DNA of 64,000 bases, from NCBI RefSeq assembly GCF_000142905.1, contig NW_013657632.1, positions 124,001 through 188,000 on the forward strand, written 5' to 3'. Numbering within the stretch: position 1 is the first letter of the stretch; the number at the start of each line of letters is the position of its first letter. The position numbers were made by a program, and so were the translations under genes. The notes beneath the pieces were generated by a model that was not told the origin of the DNA, did not search any database, and saw nothing but the letters and a program-made list of their open reading frames with translations. Positions 44,066-53,637 of this stretch are shown piece by piece. This DNA is from Thecamonas trahens ATCC 50062 (taxonomy: Eukaryota > Protista > Apusomonadida).

Positions 44066-45985
44066 CGGCTGGGAGAACGGGAGCCAGCCGCGGAGGCGAG
44101 ACGTGAGGGCGGCGGCAGCCGACGGAGTTGCAGACGATGGTGGAGCGGCATCAGAGCCGGGCTCGGGCTCGGGCTCGGGTTCGTTGCGGGGCGGGGCGAG
44201 CGAGATGCGCTTGGGTGAGTTTTGGGCGAGCTCGAACCAGTCGTTGGCGGTGCAGACGTTAGAGTGGATCTGTTCGTCGATAGGGATGGGCGCGTCCGGG
44301 TCGACGATGGCGGCGCCGTGGCTGGCGCTGGCGTACGCGCCGGCATCGATGTAGTCGACCATCATGGTCGAGGCATGGACGAGGGTTGGCGACGACGACT
44401 CGGCGGCTGAGAGGCCTAGCTTGTCCTGCGAGCCCGCCCGCGACAGCGCGGCCATCCACTGCCACTTGACCTGCTGCGACGGTGCGGCAAAGAAGAAACG
44501 CTTTGGACCCTGGACGAGGACAAAGACGTGCATGCCAGCCAGAAGCGAGGCACCGTCGCGCGGATCCACGTCCTCGACCCGGAAACGGTTCGAGTCGAGG
44601 ACGAGCGAGGAGACTTGGGTAAACCGCGGGTCGACGTCGTAGCGCAGGAGGCGGAGGCACGGCTGGGCCCGCGACCGCTTGAGGAGGAAAAACTGCAAGA
44701 GCCATTCATCGGCCGAGACGCGGTGGTAGAGTGTGCCTTCCATCAGTCGCTGGTGGTTGTACGAGTCGGGCGCGGCGTAGCGGCCCTTGCGGACGGCCAG
44801 GGCAAGCGGGAAGAGGGTTTCAACGCCCAGCTCGGGCGGATACGACTGGAGCAGCGGAACAATGGCGTTAAACTCGAGGGCAAGGAGCTGCGAGCGCAGC
44901 ATGAGGAGCATGGCTGCGCTAAAATGGTAGAGAAACCACTTTTTGGTGAACCGGAACGGGTCGGCAAGCAGCGAGTCCCACAGCCGTAGCACCTGGTCGA
45001 GCGGAAACTCCTGCGAGAGCAGAAGCGTGAGCCAACGAAACGAGTAGAACCGGTGATCGACGCCCTTGTCCTCGAGGGCGGCCCAGAGGGTCTCGTCGTT
45101 GACCTTGAGCATGTTGTTGAGGTGGATCATGTCGTTCATGACGCCCGAGTCGGCCGAGTCCATCTCGCGGTTGAACGAGTCGCGGATGGCCGAGAACAGC
45201 TCCGTGAGGCACCAAAAGGCATCGGCCTCGGGATCATCTCCCAGCAACGGGCGGAGACGGGAGAGCTCGTCCGCCTCATGCGGCGCTGGCTCGCTCAGGT
45301 GTGGCGCCGGCTGGGAAAAGGTGTAGAACAGGACAGCGATCAGCTCGGACATGCCCTGTATGTACCCGATGCCCGGGTTGAGCCGCGCATATGTATAGAG
45401 CATGCGCTGCAGCTTGCGGTCCTGCGGGCGCACCTCGGCATCCGGCGGTCCGGCCTGGTAGAATGGCGACTCGGGACACGTCCGCTCGACATCGTTGAAC
45501 ACCCGCCGCGCAATCTCGCGCGCTGCAAAGTCGGGGTCGTCCGGGTTGATGTTGCGCGGCGGCGGCCACTCGACCGGCTCGCCCACGTATCCGCTCGACG
45601 GCGCCCATCGCGGCTGCGGCGCAAGCTCAAACTCGCGCGCAAAGCCCCAGTAAGCCTCACGCTGCTCTGCAAGCACCTCGGCCCACGCCGCGGTTTCGGG
45701 AGGCAGATAGCCGATAAAGACCTTCCACGCCAGCGCCCGATACCCGTTCGACGGCGCCCCGTAGAAGATTGTCCGCTCGAGCGCCGCCATGTCGAGTTTA
45801 GCCGGAAAGTTGCCAAAGAGGAGCGTGTCGAGCTCGTTGCGCGCTGCAGCCCTTGCGGCAGCAGCCGGATCGGCATCGGCACTAGGCGGTGCGGCCTCGT
45901 CCGTCCTTGGTGTTGATGGTGAGTCGGAGGTGGTGATGGGAGTGGTGGGGGTGGTGGGGGAGACGGCGGGCGGCACATCGGCCAT
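44048..45985 (-). CDS. TBC1D13-like Rab-GAP with a C-terminal PH-like domain
   Basis: YRALAWKVFIGYLP, DVERT (Arg finger), YIQGMSE (Gln finger), EADAFWC, FRWLTLLLSQEF, LRLWDSLLAD; PH-like MEGTLY...FFFAAPSQQVKWQWMAAL. Confidence 0.88.
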   Translation of the reverse strand: MADVPPAVSPTTPTTPITTSDSPSTPRTDEAAPPSADADPAAAARAAARNELDTLLFGNFPAKLDMAALERTIFYGAPSNGYRALAWKVFIGYLPPETAAWAEVLAEQREAYWGFAREFELAPQPRWAPSSGYVGEPVEWPPPRNINPDDPDFAAREIARRVFNDVERTCPESPFYQAGPPDAEVRPQDRKLQRMLYTYARLNPGIGYIQGMSELIAVLFYTFSQPAPHLSEPAPHEADELSRLRPLLGDDPEADAFWCLTELFSAIRDSFNREMDSADSGVMNDMIHLNNMLKVNDETLWAALEDKGVDHRFYSFRWLTLLLSQEFPLDQVLRLWDSLLADPFRFTKKWFLYHFSAAMLLMLRSQLLALEFNAIVPLLQSYPPELGVETLFPLALAVRKGRYAAPDSYNHQRLMEGTLYHRVSADEWLLQFFLLKRSRAQPCLRLLRYDVDPRFTQVSSLVLDSNRFRVEDVDPRDGASLLAGMHVFVLVQGPKRFFFAAPSQQVKWQWMAALSRAGSQDKLGLSAAESSSPTLVHASTMMVDYIDAGAYASASHGAAIVDPDAPIPIDEQIHSNVCTANDWFELAQNSPKRISLAPPRNEPEPEPEPGSDAAPPSSATPSAAAALTSRLRGWLPFSQPSRGHV

Positions 45986-46258
45986 GGAGCAGAAGAGCGC
46001 ACGAGTCTTCCGCTGTGTGTGTGTGTGGGGGGGGGGGGGGGGGGGAAGGGGGGGTGGGGAGGGGAAGGGAGGGGGGGGGGGGGAGAGGTAGTGGTGTGTG
46101 GGAGTGGTCAGTGTGCGAGAGTGTGAGGCGAGGTGGCGGAGTGGCGGTAGCGGGCCTGTAGACACGCACGTGTTCGTCGTGGGACAGGCAGAGGCCTACG
46201 CGGACAACAAAGGGAGGGAGAGGGAGCGGGGCTTGATTTTTGTTGTTTACCAGGAGGC

Positions 46259-47348
46259 TTACTCGTCGTCCTCGGCGTTGTTGGACTTCTTGGCCATGTT
46301 CTTGCGCTTGACGCGGCCGGGCTTGCCGCCGACGTACGGCGAGTTCGGGTCAAAGGCGATGTGCTTGGCCGAGTCGATGCGGACCATGAACGACGGCACG
46401 TCGACGACCTGCTTGCCAACGCGGATGTGGCGCTGCTTGATCAGGATGCGAGCGTGGTGGACCGAGCGGGCAAGACCGTAGCGGTGGACAAGGGTCTGCA
46501 GACGGCGGTCGAGGAGGTCCTCAGTGGTGAGCGACAGCACGTGGTCGAGCGAGTTGCGCTCGTCGTCAAGGACGCCGAGGAGCTTGAGGCGGCGGAGGAG
46601 GGCCTCACCCTCGAACATGCGCTTCGGGTCCTTCTCGTCAAGGGTCAGCAGGTTACGCGCGGCGGCACGGAACTTGGAAATCTGCAGCTTGGCGCGCCAG
46701 ACCTCGCGCTTGTTCTTGAGGCCGTACTTGCCGATGATCTGCATCTCGTGGTCGAGGCGCTCCTTCTCGAACGGCCGGCGCGGCGTCGCGTACGTCTTCG
46801 ACTCTATGGTTGCGTCATCGAGTGCTCCTGGTGAGTCGCATGCCGCTTGCCTATCTCGCCTCGCACCCAGTCTTCCTCTCTGCACGAGCTGGCTCTCCGT
46901 CGCCGCCCCTGCGAGGCTACGCGGCGTGTGCATGCCTGCTCGGCCGAGTCGGTGCCTCACACAAATTAAAGGCAATCATACAAAAACCGAGCTCGGAGCC
47001 TCCGCGCCGACGGCTCCCCTACCGCAGCAAGGCGGAGAGAGACAGCCCAACGCACAAGGCACCATGCCCATAGATGCTGCTTGCCTCTGAGGCCAGTGGC
47101 ATTGCTGCTGGGGAGGGCGTGGGCAAGGAAGTGGTCGCACTCTGGCGGTGGGTGATGGCAGAGGCTGATGAAAATACCGCAAGCCGAGCGGATCCCCTAC
47201 GGGCCACGCAGCCAAAGCCACAGCGACCGTAGGGCTACTGACAACGACCACCGCCACCTATATGGCATACACTGTCTTGCCCGTGCCAACCCCACACATT
47301 CTCCCTTCTCCTTCTCTTCTGGATACACGTACGGTTCGGACGGGGCAT
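46259..47348 (-). CDS. RPS9: 40S ribosomal protein S9 (uS4); exons 47348-47333 and 46803-46259; 186 aa
   Basis: Spliced [23 protein letters not shown]...[11 protein letters not shown]...RRLQT...[18 protein letters not shown]; 529-nt GTACGT...TAG intron. Confidence 0.97.
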
Positions 47349-47621
47349 GACGAATTGGGAACAAGTGTTGCCTCTGTTATCTCACTTTGTCCGCCCTCAC
47401 CCACAAACCTCCTCATTGACGACGAATTGAACGAGCGAACGAACGACCGACCGACCGACCGACTGGCTGCCAGCCGACGACAGCGAGCCAAGGCCAGCCC
47501 CTACCCGGCCGACCATGGCCCGCCGCAACTAACCCCTGCCTATTGCAGTGCTGCACCCATCGCAGATTATGGGCAGCTGTATGTCGGGTGTACCGTCGAT
47601 GGTTCAAGCGGCCATTAGACC

Positions 47622-47836
47622 TTGGCCATCGAGTACTATCGTGTGGTTATTGAGTATAATCGCGTGGTTATTGAGTATAATCGTTGGCCATCGAGTATTA
47701 TCGTTGGCCATCGAGTATTATCGTTGGCCATCGAGTATTATCGTTGGCCATCGAGTATTATCGTTGGCCATCGAGTATTATCGTTGGCCATCGAGTATTA
47801 TCGTTGGCCATCGATTATTATCGTTGGCCACCGATT
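47622..47836. repeat. 20-bp minisatellite (TCGTTGGCCATCGAGTATTA)
   Basis: Six perfect copies from 47681, one near-perfect and one partial copy, preceded by three degenerate 20-21 bp copies; no spacers. Confidence 0.95.
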
Positions 47837-47933
47837 ACCCTCTTTCCCCCCTTCATTCGATCCCACCCATACCCCCTCCTCACCGCCCCCCCCTGGCACA
47901 AGCACCACTCCGCTCCTCGGTCTACGCCTGGAC

Positions 47934-48296
47934 ATGTCGGCGAGTGTGGGGCGGAAACGAACACCTGCGCGCCCGCCAACGGCTCCGTGGGACGTGTACG
48001 TCTCCTCGCGGAGTCGGCAGGGGGCGCTGGTCAAGCGGGTCCTTGCCCTGGTCGACGACTCGCCGTACGGCTATGCCGTCGTTCGTGGCATGGGCAAGGC
48101 GCTGGGCAAGGCCGTTGACGTTGCCCTCGCTGCGCAGGCTGCTCACGGCGGGAAGACCGCCCTCGCCCTCTCGGTCACCACCGGCACTGCCGTCCTTGTC
48201 GATGACCTGCCCGACGGGACAAGCCGCGAGCGGCTCAACTCGACCATCGCCATCACTGTCTTCGCGCCGTCCGACCTCGGTGCCGCTTCCAGCTGA
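47934..48296 (+). CDS. POP7: RNase P/MRP subunit Rpp20/POP7 (Alba fold)
   Basis: RKRTPARPP, DVYVSSRS, VRGMGKALGKAVDVAL, TGTAVLVDDL, RERLNSTIAITV match the Rpp20 pattern. Confidence 0.8.
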   Translation: MSASVGRKRTPARPPTAPWDVYVSSRSRQGALVKRVLALVDDSPYGYAVVRGMGKALGKAVDVALAAQAAHGGKTALALSVTTGTAVLVDDLPDGTSRERLNSTIAITVFAPSDLGAASS

Positions 48297-48301
48297 CGTG
48301 C

Positions 48302-49303
48302 TCACTCAAACATGACGTCGACCATGGCTGCCACGTCGGGCGTGCCGACCGCCGGCGGAGGGCCGACCTTGGTCGCCCGCGCCAGCAGCTGCGTTCCGCG
48401 GACCCGCGATGCTGTCGCGCCGCCAGACGACGAGTCGCAGATCGATGACGACGAGTCGGACTCCGAGCACCCACCGCTGACCACGCTCTCTAGCGACGCC
48501 GTCGGCGTTGACTCGGATCCGCCGCCGCCCTGCAGCGCAGCGAGGCCGCGGGCAAGATCGGCGTCGAGCGCCAGGCTGGAAGTGAGGGCGTGCCATTCGC
48601 TCGAGCTCGCATGCGAGCTGTCACTGCTACTTGTTGAGCCCGTTGCTTGCTCCAGCGCAGCCCGCTTGTGGGCAATGGCGAGGAGGATGTGGTCGACGTC
48701 CGGCTCGTTCTCGTCCAGCAGGACCGACGACGACGCCGGCGACGCCGATGACGCCGACGAGCCGGCCGCACCCGCGCGGTCAAGCTGACGCGATAGCCGC
48801 GCCAGCTGGCCCTCCACCGTCGCCTCCAGGTCTGAGTCGAGCGAGGAGAATGAAGACATCGACCAGCTCCGTGCGTTGGCCGGCGACTGCAGGCTGGCAG
48901 TGCGCCTATCAGCGGCAGCAGCACTCGCCAGACCTGATGCTTTCCCGCGCGCCGTCCGGTACGCAGCGAGCCCGGCCCGGATGGCCTGGAGGGCGCGCTC
49001 GGCGGCGGCCGCGCGGGCGGTGGCTGCGGCTGCGGCGGCACGAGCTGTGCGGAGCTCGGCCTCAAGCAGCGCTACTTGATCGGCCTCTACCGCAGGACTC
49101 GAGTCGTCAACGCCGGTAGCGGGATCGGGAGCAAAGCGATCCGATGGGCGGGCAGCGAGCTGGGAGCGGAGCGCAGCGTTGTCGGCGTGGGCGGCGCGGA
49201 GCGCGGCCCGCAGCTGCTCATTGCGGGCGGCGACGCCCTTGAGTGCGCCCAGAGTCGACGCCCATGACGCTGGTGAGTTGTCTGTCCGAAGTGGCGAGTA
49301 CAT
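48302..49303 (-). CDS. Hypothetical coiled-coil, Ser-rich protein
   Basis: 333-aa ATG ORF with Ala/Leu/Glu heptad-like segments; no known domain recognised. Confidence 0.6.
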   Translation of the reverse strand: MYSPLRTDNSPASWASTLGALKGVAARNEQLRAALRAAHADNAALRSQLAARPSDRFAPDPATGVDDSSPAVEADQVALLEAELRTARAAAAAATARAAAAERALQAIRAGLAAYRTARGKASGLASAAAADRRTASLQSPANARSWSMSSFSSLDSDLEATVEGQLARLSRQLDRAGAAGSSASSASPASSSVLLDENEPDVDHILLAIAHKRAALEQATGSTSSSDSSHASSSEWHALTSSLALDADLARGLAALQGGGGSESTPTASLESVVSGGCSESDSSSSICDSSSGGATASRVRGTQLLARATKVGPPPAVGTPDVAAMVDVMFE

Positions 49304-49668
49304 GTACCCTGTCCTTGCTGCCGACAGTTGGCTGAAAGCAGGCAGGTGTGGCGACTAGCGGTGTGCAGCCGGTGTTGTTTCACCCGAGTCGGCTCGACTC
49401 GCCTGGCACACAGCACACAGGTGAACCATGGCGAGTGGTTTGGGGGGGGAGGGGGGAGGGGAACCGTGTGATTGGAATTGTTCTTTATGGAGAGAGAGAA
49501 AGAGAGAGAGAGAAAGTGTGGAAGGTAGGGAGACTTGATGATGATGAGGAGAGGTTGCAGTGATGATGTTCGGTCCAAGGGGACCTAGGGAGATCTGGGT
49601 GAGGGAGGGGAAAGGGGGGATGATGCTTGGTCGTCACGCAAGAAGCGACAAGGCGACATGCCAACAGC

Positions 49669-52233
49669 TCATTGCTGCATAAAGGCTGCCTTGAGGAGAG
49701 CGACAGGATTGCGCGAGGCCGAGACTTCATCCATGGGCGCCGGGTGCGAGTCGAGCCCAAGAGCCTGGATAAAGTAGTCCGGGTCGTTGTTGGGCTCGTT
49801 GACGTCGAGGACGGCGATGACCCTCTCGAGGAGAGTCGGGAGGGCGAGCCAGCCTGAAGTGATGTGGGCGTTAGCGGTGGCGACGGTCCAGTGGTAGACG
49901 GCGCGGCCAAAGGGGTAGAGGCCACGGGCAAAGCGGATCGAGGGCACGACGCGCGAGCCACGGAAGACGACACCGACGAGGGCGGCGGCCATACGCTTGA
50001 GCAGCGGCAGGTGCGGCTGGATCGAGGCCGGAAGGTCGCGAGAGGGCGGGAAGGGCGAGTTGGGCGACTCGTCGGCGAGGATGTTGGCGGCGGCCAGGAG
50101 CATGTCACGATTGAACCAGCCGGCAAGGAGAACGTCCGAGCCTGCAACCTCGGGCGCGCGCTGCGAGAGCGACCACTGGCGCCGGCCATCGGCGCGGGTG
50201 GTTGCGGCTCCGGGCGTGGCCACCAGCGGCTCGCCGTTAATCGTCAGGTTGACGAGCGCAGCCTGGATCTCGGCAACCTCGACATCCGACGCGTCGTCAA
50301 TGTCCGAGCTGGCCTCAGACGCCGGCACGGGCGGCGCGAGCTCGACCGACGGCGATGGCGGCGCAGACTCGAGCTCAGACGAGACGACAGCACGGGTAGC
50401 GACAATGACCGGCGAGTCGGCCGGCGAGTCTGTCGGCGGCGAGGAGAGGCTCGGCGCAACGGCCTTTGTCGCCGGCTTGTCAGCGGCAGCCTTGACGAGG
50501 TCGAGCAGCTGGCCTGGGTGGTACCAGCCCTGGAAAAAGAGCGCGTCGCGGAGGTAGACCCGGAAGTAGTAGGTGTGGCGCTTGAGCGGGTGCACGCCGC
50601 GGGCAACGTCGAGCTGAGCGGTAAAACCAGCCGAGGCAACCGAGTGCGCGGCGAGCGCGGCGTTGACCTGCGACTCGACGTACTCGGCCGTCGAGCGCGG
50701 GTCGACCGACGTCGCCGTCGACGGCTTGAGGGCGGCCCAGAACTGCGACTTCATCAGCTCGCGCTCGTGCGAGGGCAGGACGTCGTAGAGCTCGCCGGTG
50801 GCAGCGACAGCAGACGACGCCGGGTCGAACACCTCGGCCTCGACGTACTCGTACTCGGACGAGTACGGCGACTGGTCGGCCTCCTCCTCGACCTGGACTA
50901 CCGTCGGGTCGGCAATGTACGCCCAGTAGTAGCGGTTGGCGTAGGCAAGCGCGTCGACGGGAGGATCAGCAGCGCTCGGCCGCGAGCGCGAGGTGCGGAT
51001 GCGGCGGCGAACCGGCTGGCGCGCGCGCGAGGGCTGCTCCTGCGGATGCGGTGCGGTGGGCGCCGACAGCCGCGACCGCTGCGACGCGACGTGACCCTGC
51101 AGCCGCGACGCAGCGTCGCGGAGACGAGCGGCGTCGTGCGGTGAGTAGGTAGCGAGGCCCGACGGCGGCGGCGAGGAGCGCGGCGAGACGGCCGGCGAGA
51201 CCAACGGCGAGTAGAGCGAGCCGAGATGCCGTGGCTTGACCGGGCGGCCCTCCTTGTACGAGCCAGGGCCCTGGCGGCAAGCCAGCCGCATGCGCTTGAC
51301 AATCGTTCGCGCCGAGTACCATCCGTGGAGCAGGCGGGTGTTGCCGGCCACGATTGTCCAGAAGTACACCGACTTGCGCTTCTTGTGCTCGCCCTTTTCG
51401 TTGTGGATGTAGACCACAAGCGGCTCGCCGCCAAACCGCAGCGGCATGAGGTACGGCTCGATGATAGGCACGCCGGCCTCGTCGTAGTCAAAGGTCAGCG
51501 AGTGGAACGGCCGCGACGCCGGCGGCAGATTGCTCGACGGCGACGGAAAGGCCATGCCGGAAGCCGAGGCTCGCGGCGAGCCGCCAGGCGTCGGCTGCTT
51601 GGACGGCGCCCGCGTTGCCGGTCCCGAAGGCCGCGAGAACGGTGAGCCGGCCCGTGACGATGCCGCCGACGACCGCCCCGACCGCGGAGTCTGCGTTCCG
51701 CCATTGGCCTCGTGGTCGGCAACCACAGACCGAACCCGCGCCACCACCTCGTCCGGCGAGTGCCAGCCCGAGAACACGTGGCGCCGATTGGCCTGCACCT
51801 GCCAGTAGAACACGTTCTCGCGGAGAAGGTGCTTTCCGGTGTTGCCGCGCCGCTTGTCGACCCAGCACGTCACCTGCGAGCCGTTGATGCGAAGGCCCTT
51901 GAGCTCGCGCACCACAGACGGCACAATGGTGTTGGCCACCAGGTCGGCGACGGCCTGGTCGGTCACCACCGGCTTCTTGGCCCGCGACCGCGACTTGGGC
52001 TGCGCCGTAGACGTTTTCGACCGCTTGCGCGGCCGCTGCGAGCCGCGCGTCGACGGCACCGGCATGTCGGATCCGCTCGACGGCGCGCTCTTTCCCTCGA
52101 CGGCCTCCCACCGCCGCTTCTTGGAGGCTGCAGCAGCAGGCATGCCCTCAGCGGCCTTGCCCTTGCTCGCAGCGCCCAGGTTCATCTCGCTCACCTCAGT
52201 CTGGCGCACAGCGCTCAGCGCACGGGTGGCCAT
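49669..52233 (-). CDS. Hypothetical protein with NLS-like basic patches and five copies of an unrecognised ~60-aa domain
   Basis: 854-aa ORF with coding-like GC3; recurring G-H/Y-x-x-R/K...aromatic strand...GW-aromatic motif. Confidence 0.8.
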   Translation of the reverse strand: MATRALSAVRQTEVSEMNLGAASKGKAAEGMPAAAASKKRRWEAVEGKSAPSSGSDMPVPSTRGSQRPRKRSKTSTAQPKSRSRAKKPVVTDQAVADLVANTIVPSVVRELKGLRINGSQVTCWVDKRRGNTGKHLLRENVFYWQVQANRRHVFSGWHSPDEVVARVRSVVADHEANGGTQTPRSGRSSAASSRAGSPFSRPSGPATRAPSKQPTPGGSPRASASGMAFPSPSSNLPPASRPFHSLTFDYDEAGVPIIEPYLMPLRFGGEPLVVYIHNEKGEHKKRKSVYFWTIVAGNTRLLHGWYSARTIVKRMRLACRQGPGSYKEGRPVKPRHLGSLYSPLVSPAVSPRSSPPPSGLATYSPHDAARLRDAASRLQGHVASQRSRLSAPTAPHPQEQPSRARQPVRRRIRTSRSRPSAADPPVDALAYANRYYWAYIADPTVVQVEEEADQSPYSSEYEYVEAEVFDPASSAVAATGELYDVLPSHERELMKSQFWAALKPSTATSVDPRSTAEYVESQVNAALAAHSVASAGFTAQLDVARGVHPLKRHTYYFRVYLRDALFFQGWYHPGQLLDLVKAAADKPATKAVAPSLSSPPTDSPADSPVIVATRAVVSSELESAPPSPSVELAPPVPASEASSDIDDASDVEVAEIQAALVNLTINGEPLVATPGAATTRADGRRQWSLSQRAPEVAGSDVLLAGWFNRDMLLAAANILADESPNSPFPPSRDLPASIQPHLPLLKRMAAALVGVVFRGSRVVPSIRFARGLYPFGRAVYHWTVATANAHITSGWLALPTLLERVIAVLDVNEPNNDPDYFIQALGLDSHPAPMDEVSASRNPVALLKAAFMQQ

Positions 52234-53637
52234 GAAGATACGGTTGATAAAGTGGTGCTTGTGGCGGGGGGGTGTGGGGCTCCCAAAAAAAAATGAATCC
52301 GAGTGTCAGCTTCTTGTGGCCTCGTCAGGTGCTTCTTGCTATCGAGCCTTTCTCACCGCCTAATCTGTTGGAAGGAGCCAAAGAGCAAACTGGACAGCTG
52401 CTGGGTGGTGGAGGAGGTGGAGGAGGTGGTGGAGGTGAGTGGTGGAGGAATGGGCCCGGCGGTGGAGCGCACGTGGTTGCAAAATATGAGTCTAACCCAC
52501 GTGGCAAAATCCTGCCTGTCCAATATCGGCTAGCCAGTGCATGGCTTCGTGAGCGGCATGTGCACCTGCGGAGCAGGTGGGCCACGTGGCCACCGGGGCG
52601 GTCGGGCATAGCGCTAAAACAAGGGGGGGGGCAACAGTGGTAGGTGAAAGGGCCACTCTCGGCCGTTGACAAGCTTGGCCATCGCCACTTTGCCGCCTTC
52701 CCGCCTTGAGCATGGCCTGGTTGAGCGACCCAATTTGTCTGCAGTGGGATGCGGATTGATTGAAGCGCGCCTGACGACGGCCCCTGAGGTCAGGTGGCTA
52801 GCAGCATACGAGCCAGAGCTCTGAACATAAATGGCTCCCGCCTCCCGCCACCCCGTGGGCAACGTTGCTAGCGGGGTAGACTCGCCTTGGGGAGGAGCTA
52901 CCGCTGGATAGACACTCGAGGGACATACATGTGTTGCGCGCGTAGATTCGAATTGAGCCAAGTTTGGCCAGTTGCAACCTTCGAAACGAACACACGCAGT
53001 AACGGGTATGCGGCGATTCATGAATTTTCGCCCGCTCCTGGCCAATAACCCGCTATGGCGCGCATTACCCGCAGCCGAACAAACCATCTCCCGGTACACA
53101 TGTAGCCATGTACAGCTGCGCAGGAATGGGAAAATACGCTAGCATGGTACCCCGGAACTCAAGGACGTACGATGTGGTGCAATCGCCTCTTGATGGGCTC
53201 TTTATGTCCTTCACCGGTTGTGGATGAGTGTGGTGTGTGCGCGGGTGGATGGCGTGCACTCGGAAAGTCAGGTGGAAAGCCGTGCGGTCAGCCCGCAACG
53301 TGTATTACTCGCTCTCTCCCGTTGCTGGCCCTGCTGGCCCAGAGTCAGCCAAACCGCAGATGCTGTTGGTTTGTGGCCGGGCCCTACCCTACACGTGGCA
53401 CACGCATCCACGCCTTTGCTATGCAGCGCCTCGTACGTAACCGAGTTTTAGCTTGCCGGGCGTGGATGATCGCAAAGGTGCGTGACAAGCTGGTCTGGCC
53501 GACGATGCCGGCAGACGGAACATGTGACCTCGCTTTTAGTTTCGCCGCGCCAACTGACACTGGTTGTGGCTGTTGATTGGAGAACATGGCGGATAAGAGA
53601 AGGGTGTGATTGAGTGAACCCTCATCGAGGCCCATGT

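Noticed and set aside
47160-47245. CTGATGA...CTGA on the plus strand as a hammerhead core or C/D snoRNA
   Set aside because: No correctly placed GAAA after a stem II, no good terminal stem, antisense to the host gene, and the G-U pairing pattern favours the other strand
47064-47268. RNase P/MRP RNA, suggested by the neighbouring POP7 gene
   Set aside because: I could not find the CR-I and CR-V consensus or the bulged-U P4 helix on either strand
47622-47836. Possible CRISPR array
   Set aside because: Units are contiguous with no unique spacers, there are no cas genes, and the context is eukaryotic. The overlapping repeat ORFs (LAIEYYRWPSS...) are artefacts of the array.
52300-53600. 1.3-kb spacer as a possible ncRNA or transposon remnant
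   Set aside because: No tRNA or snRNA motif, terminal repeats or credible ORF recognised by eye; an Rfam scan would be needed to exclude it fully
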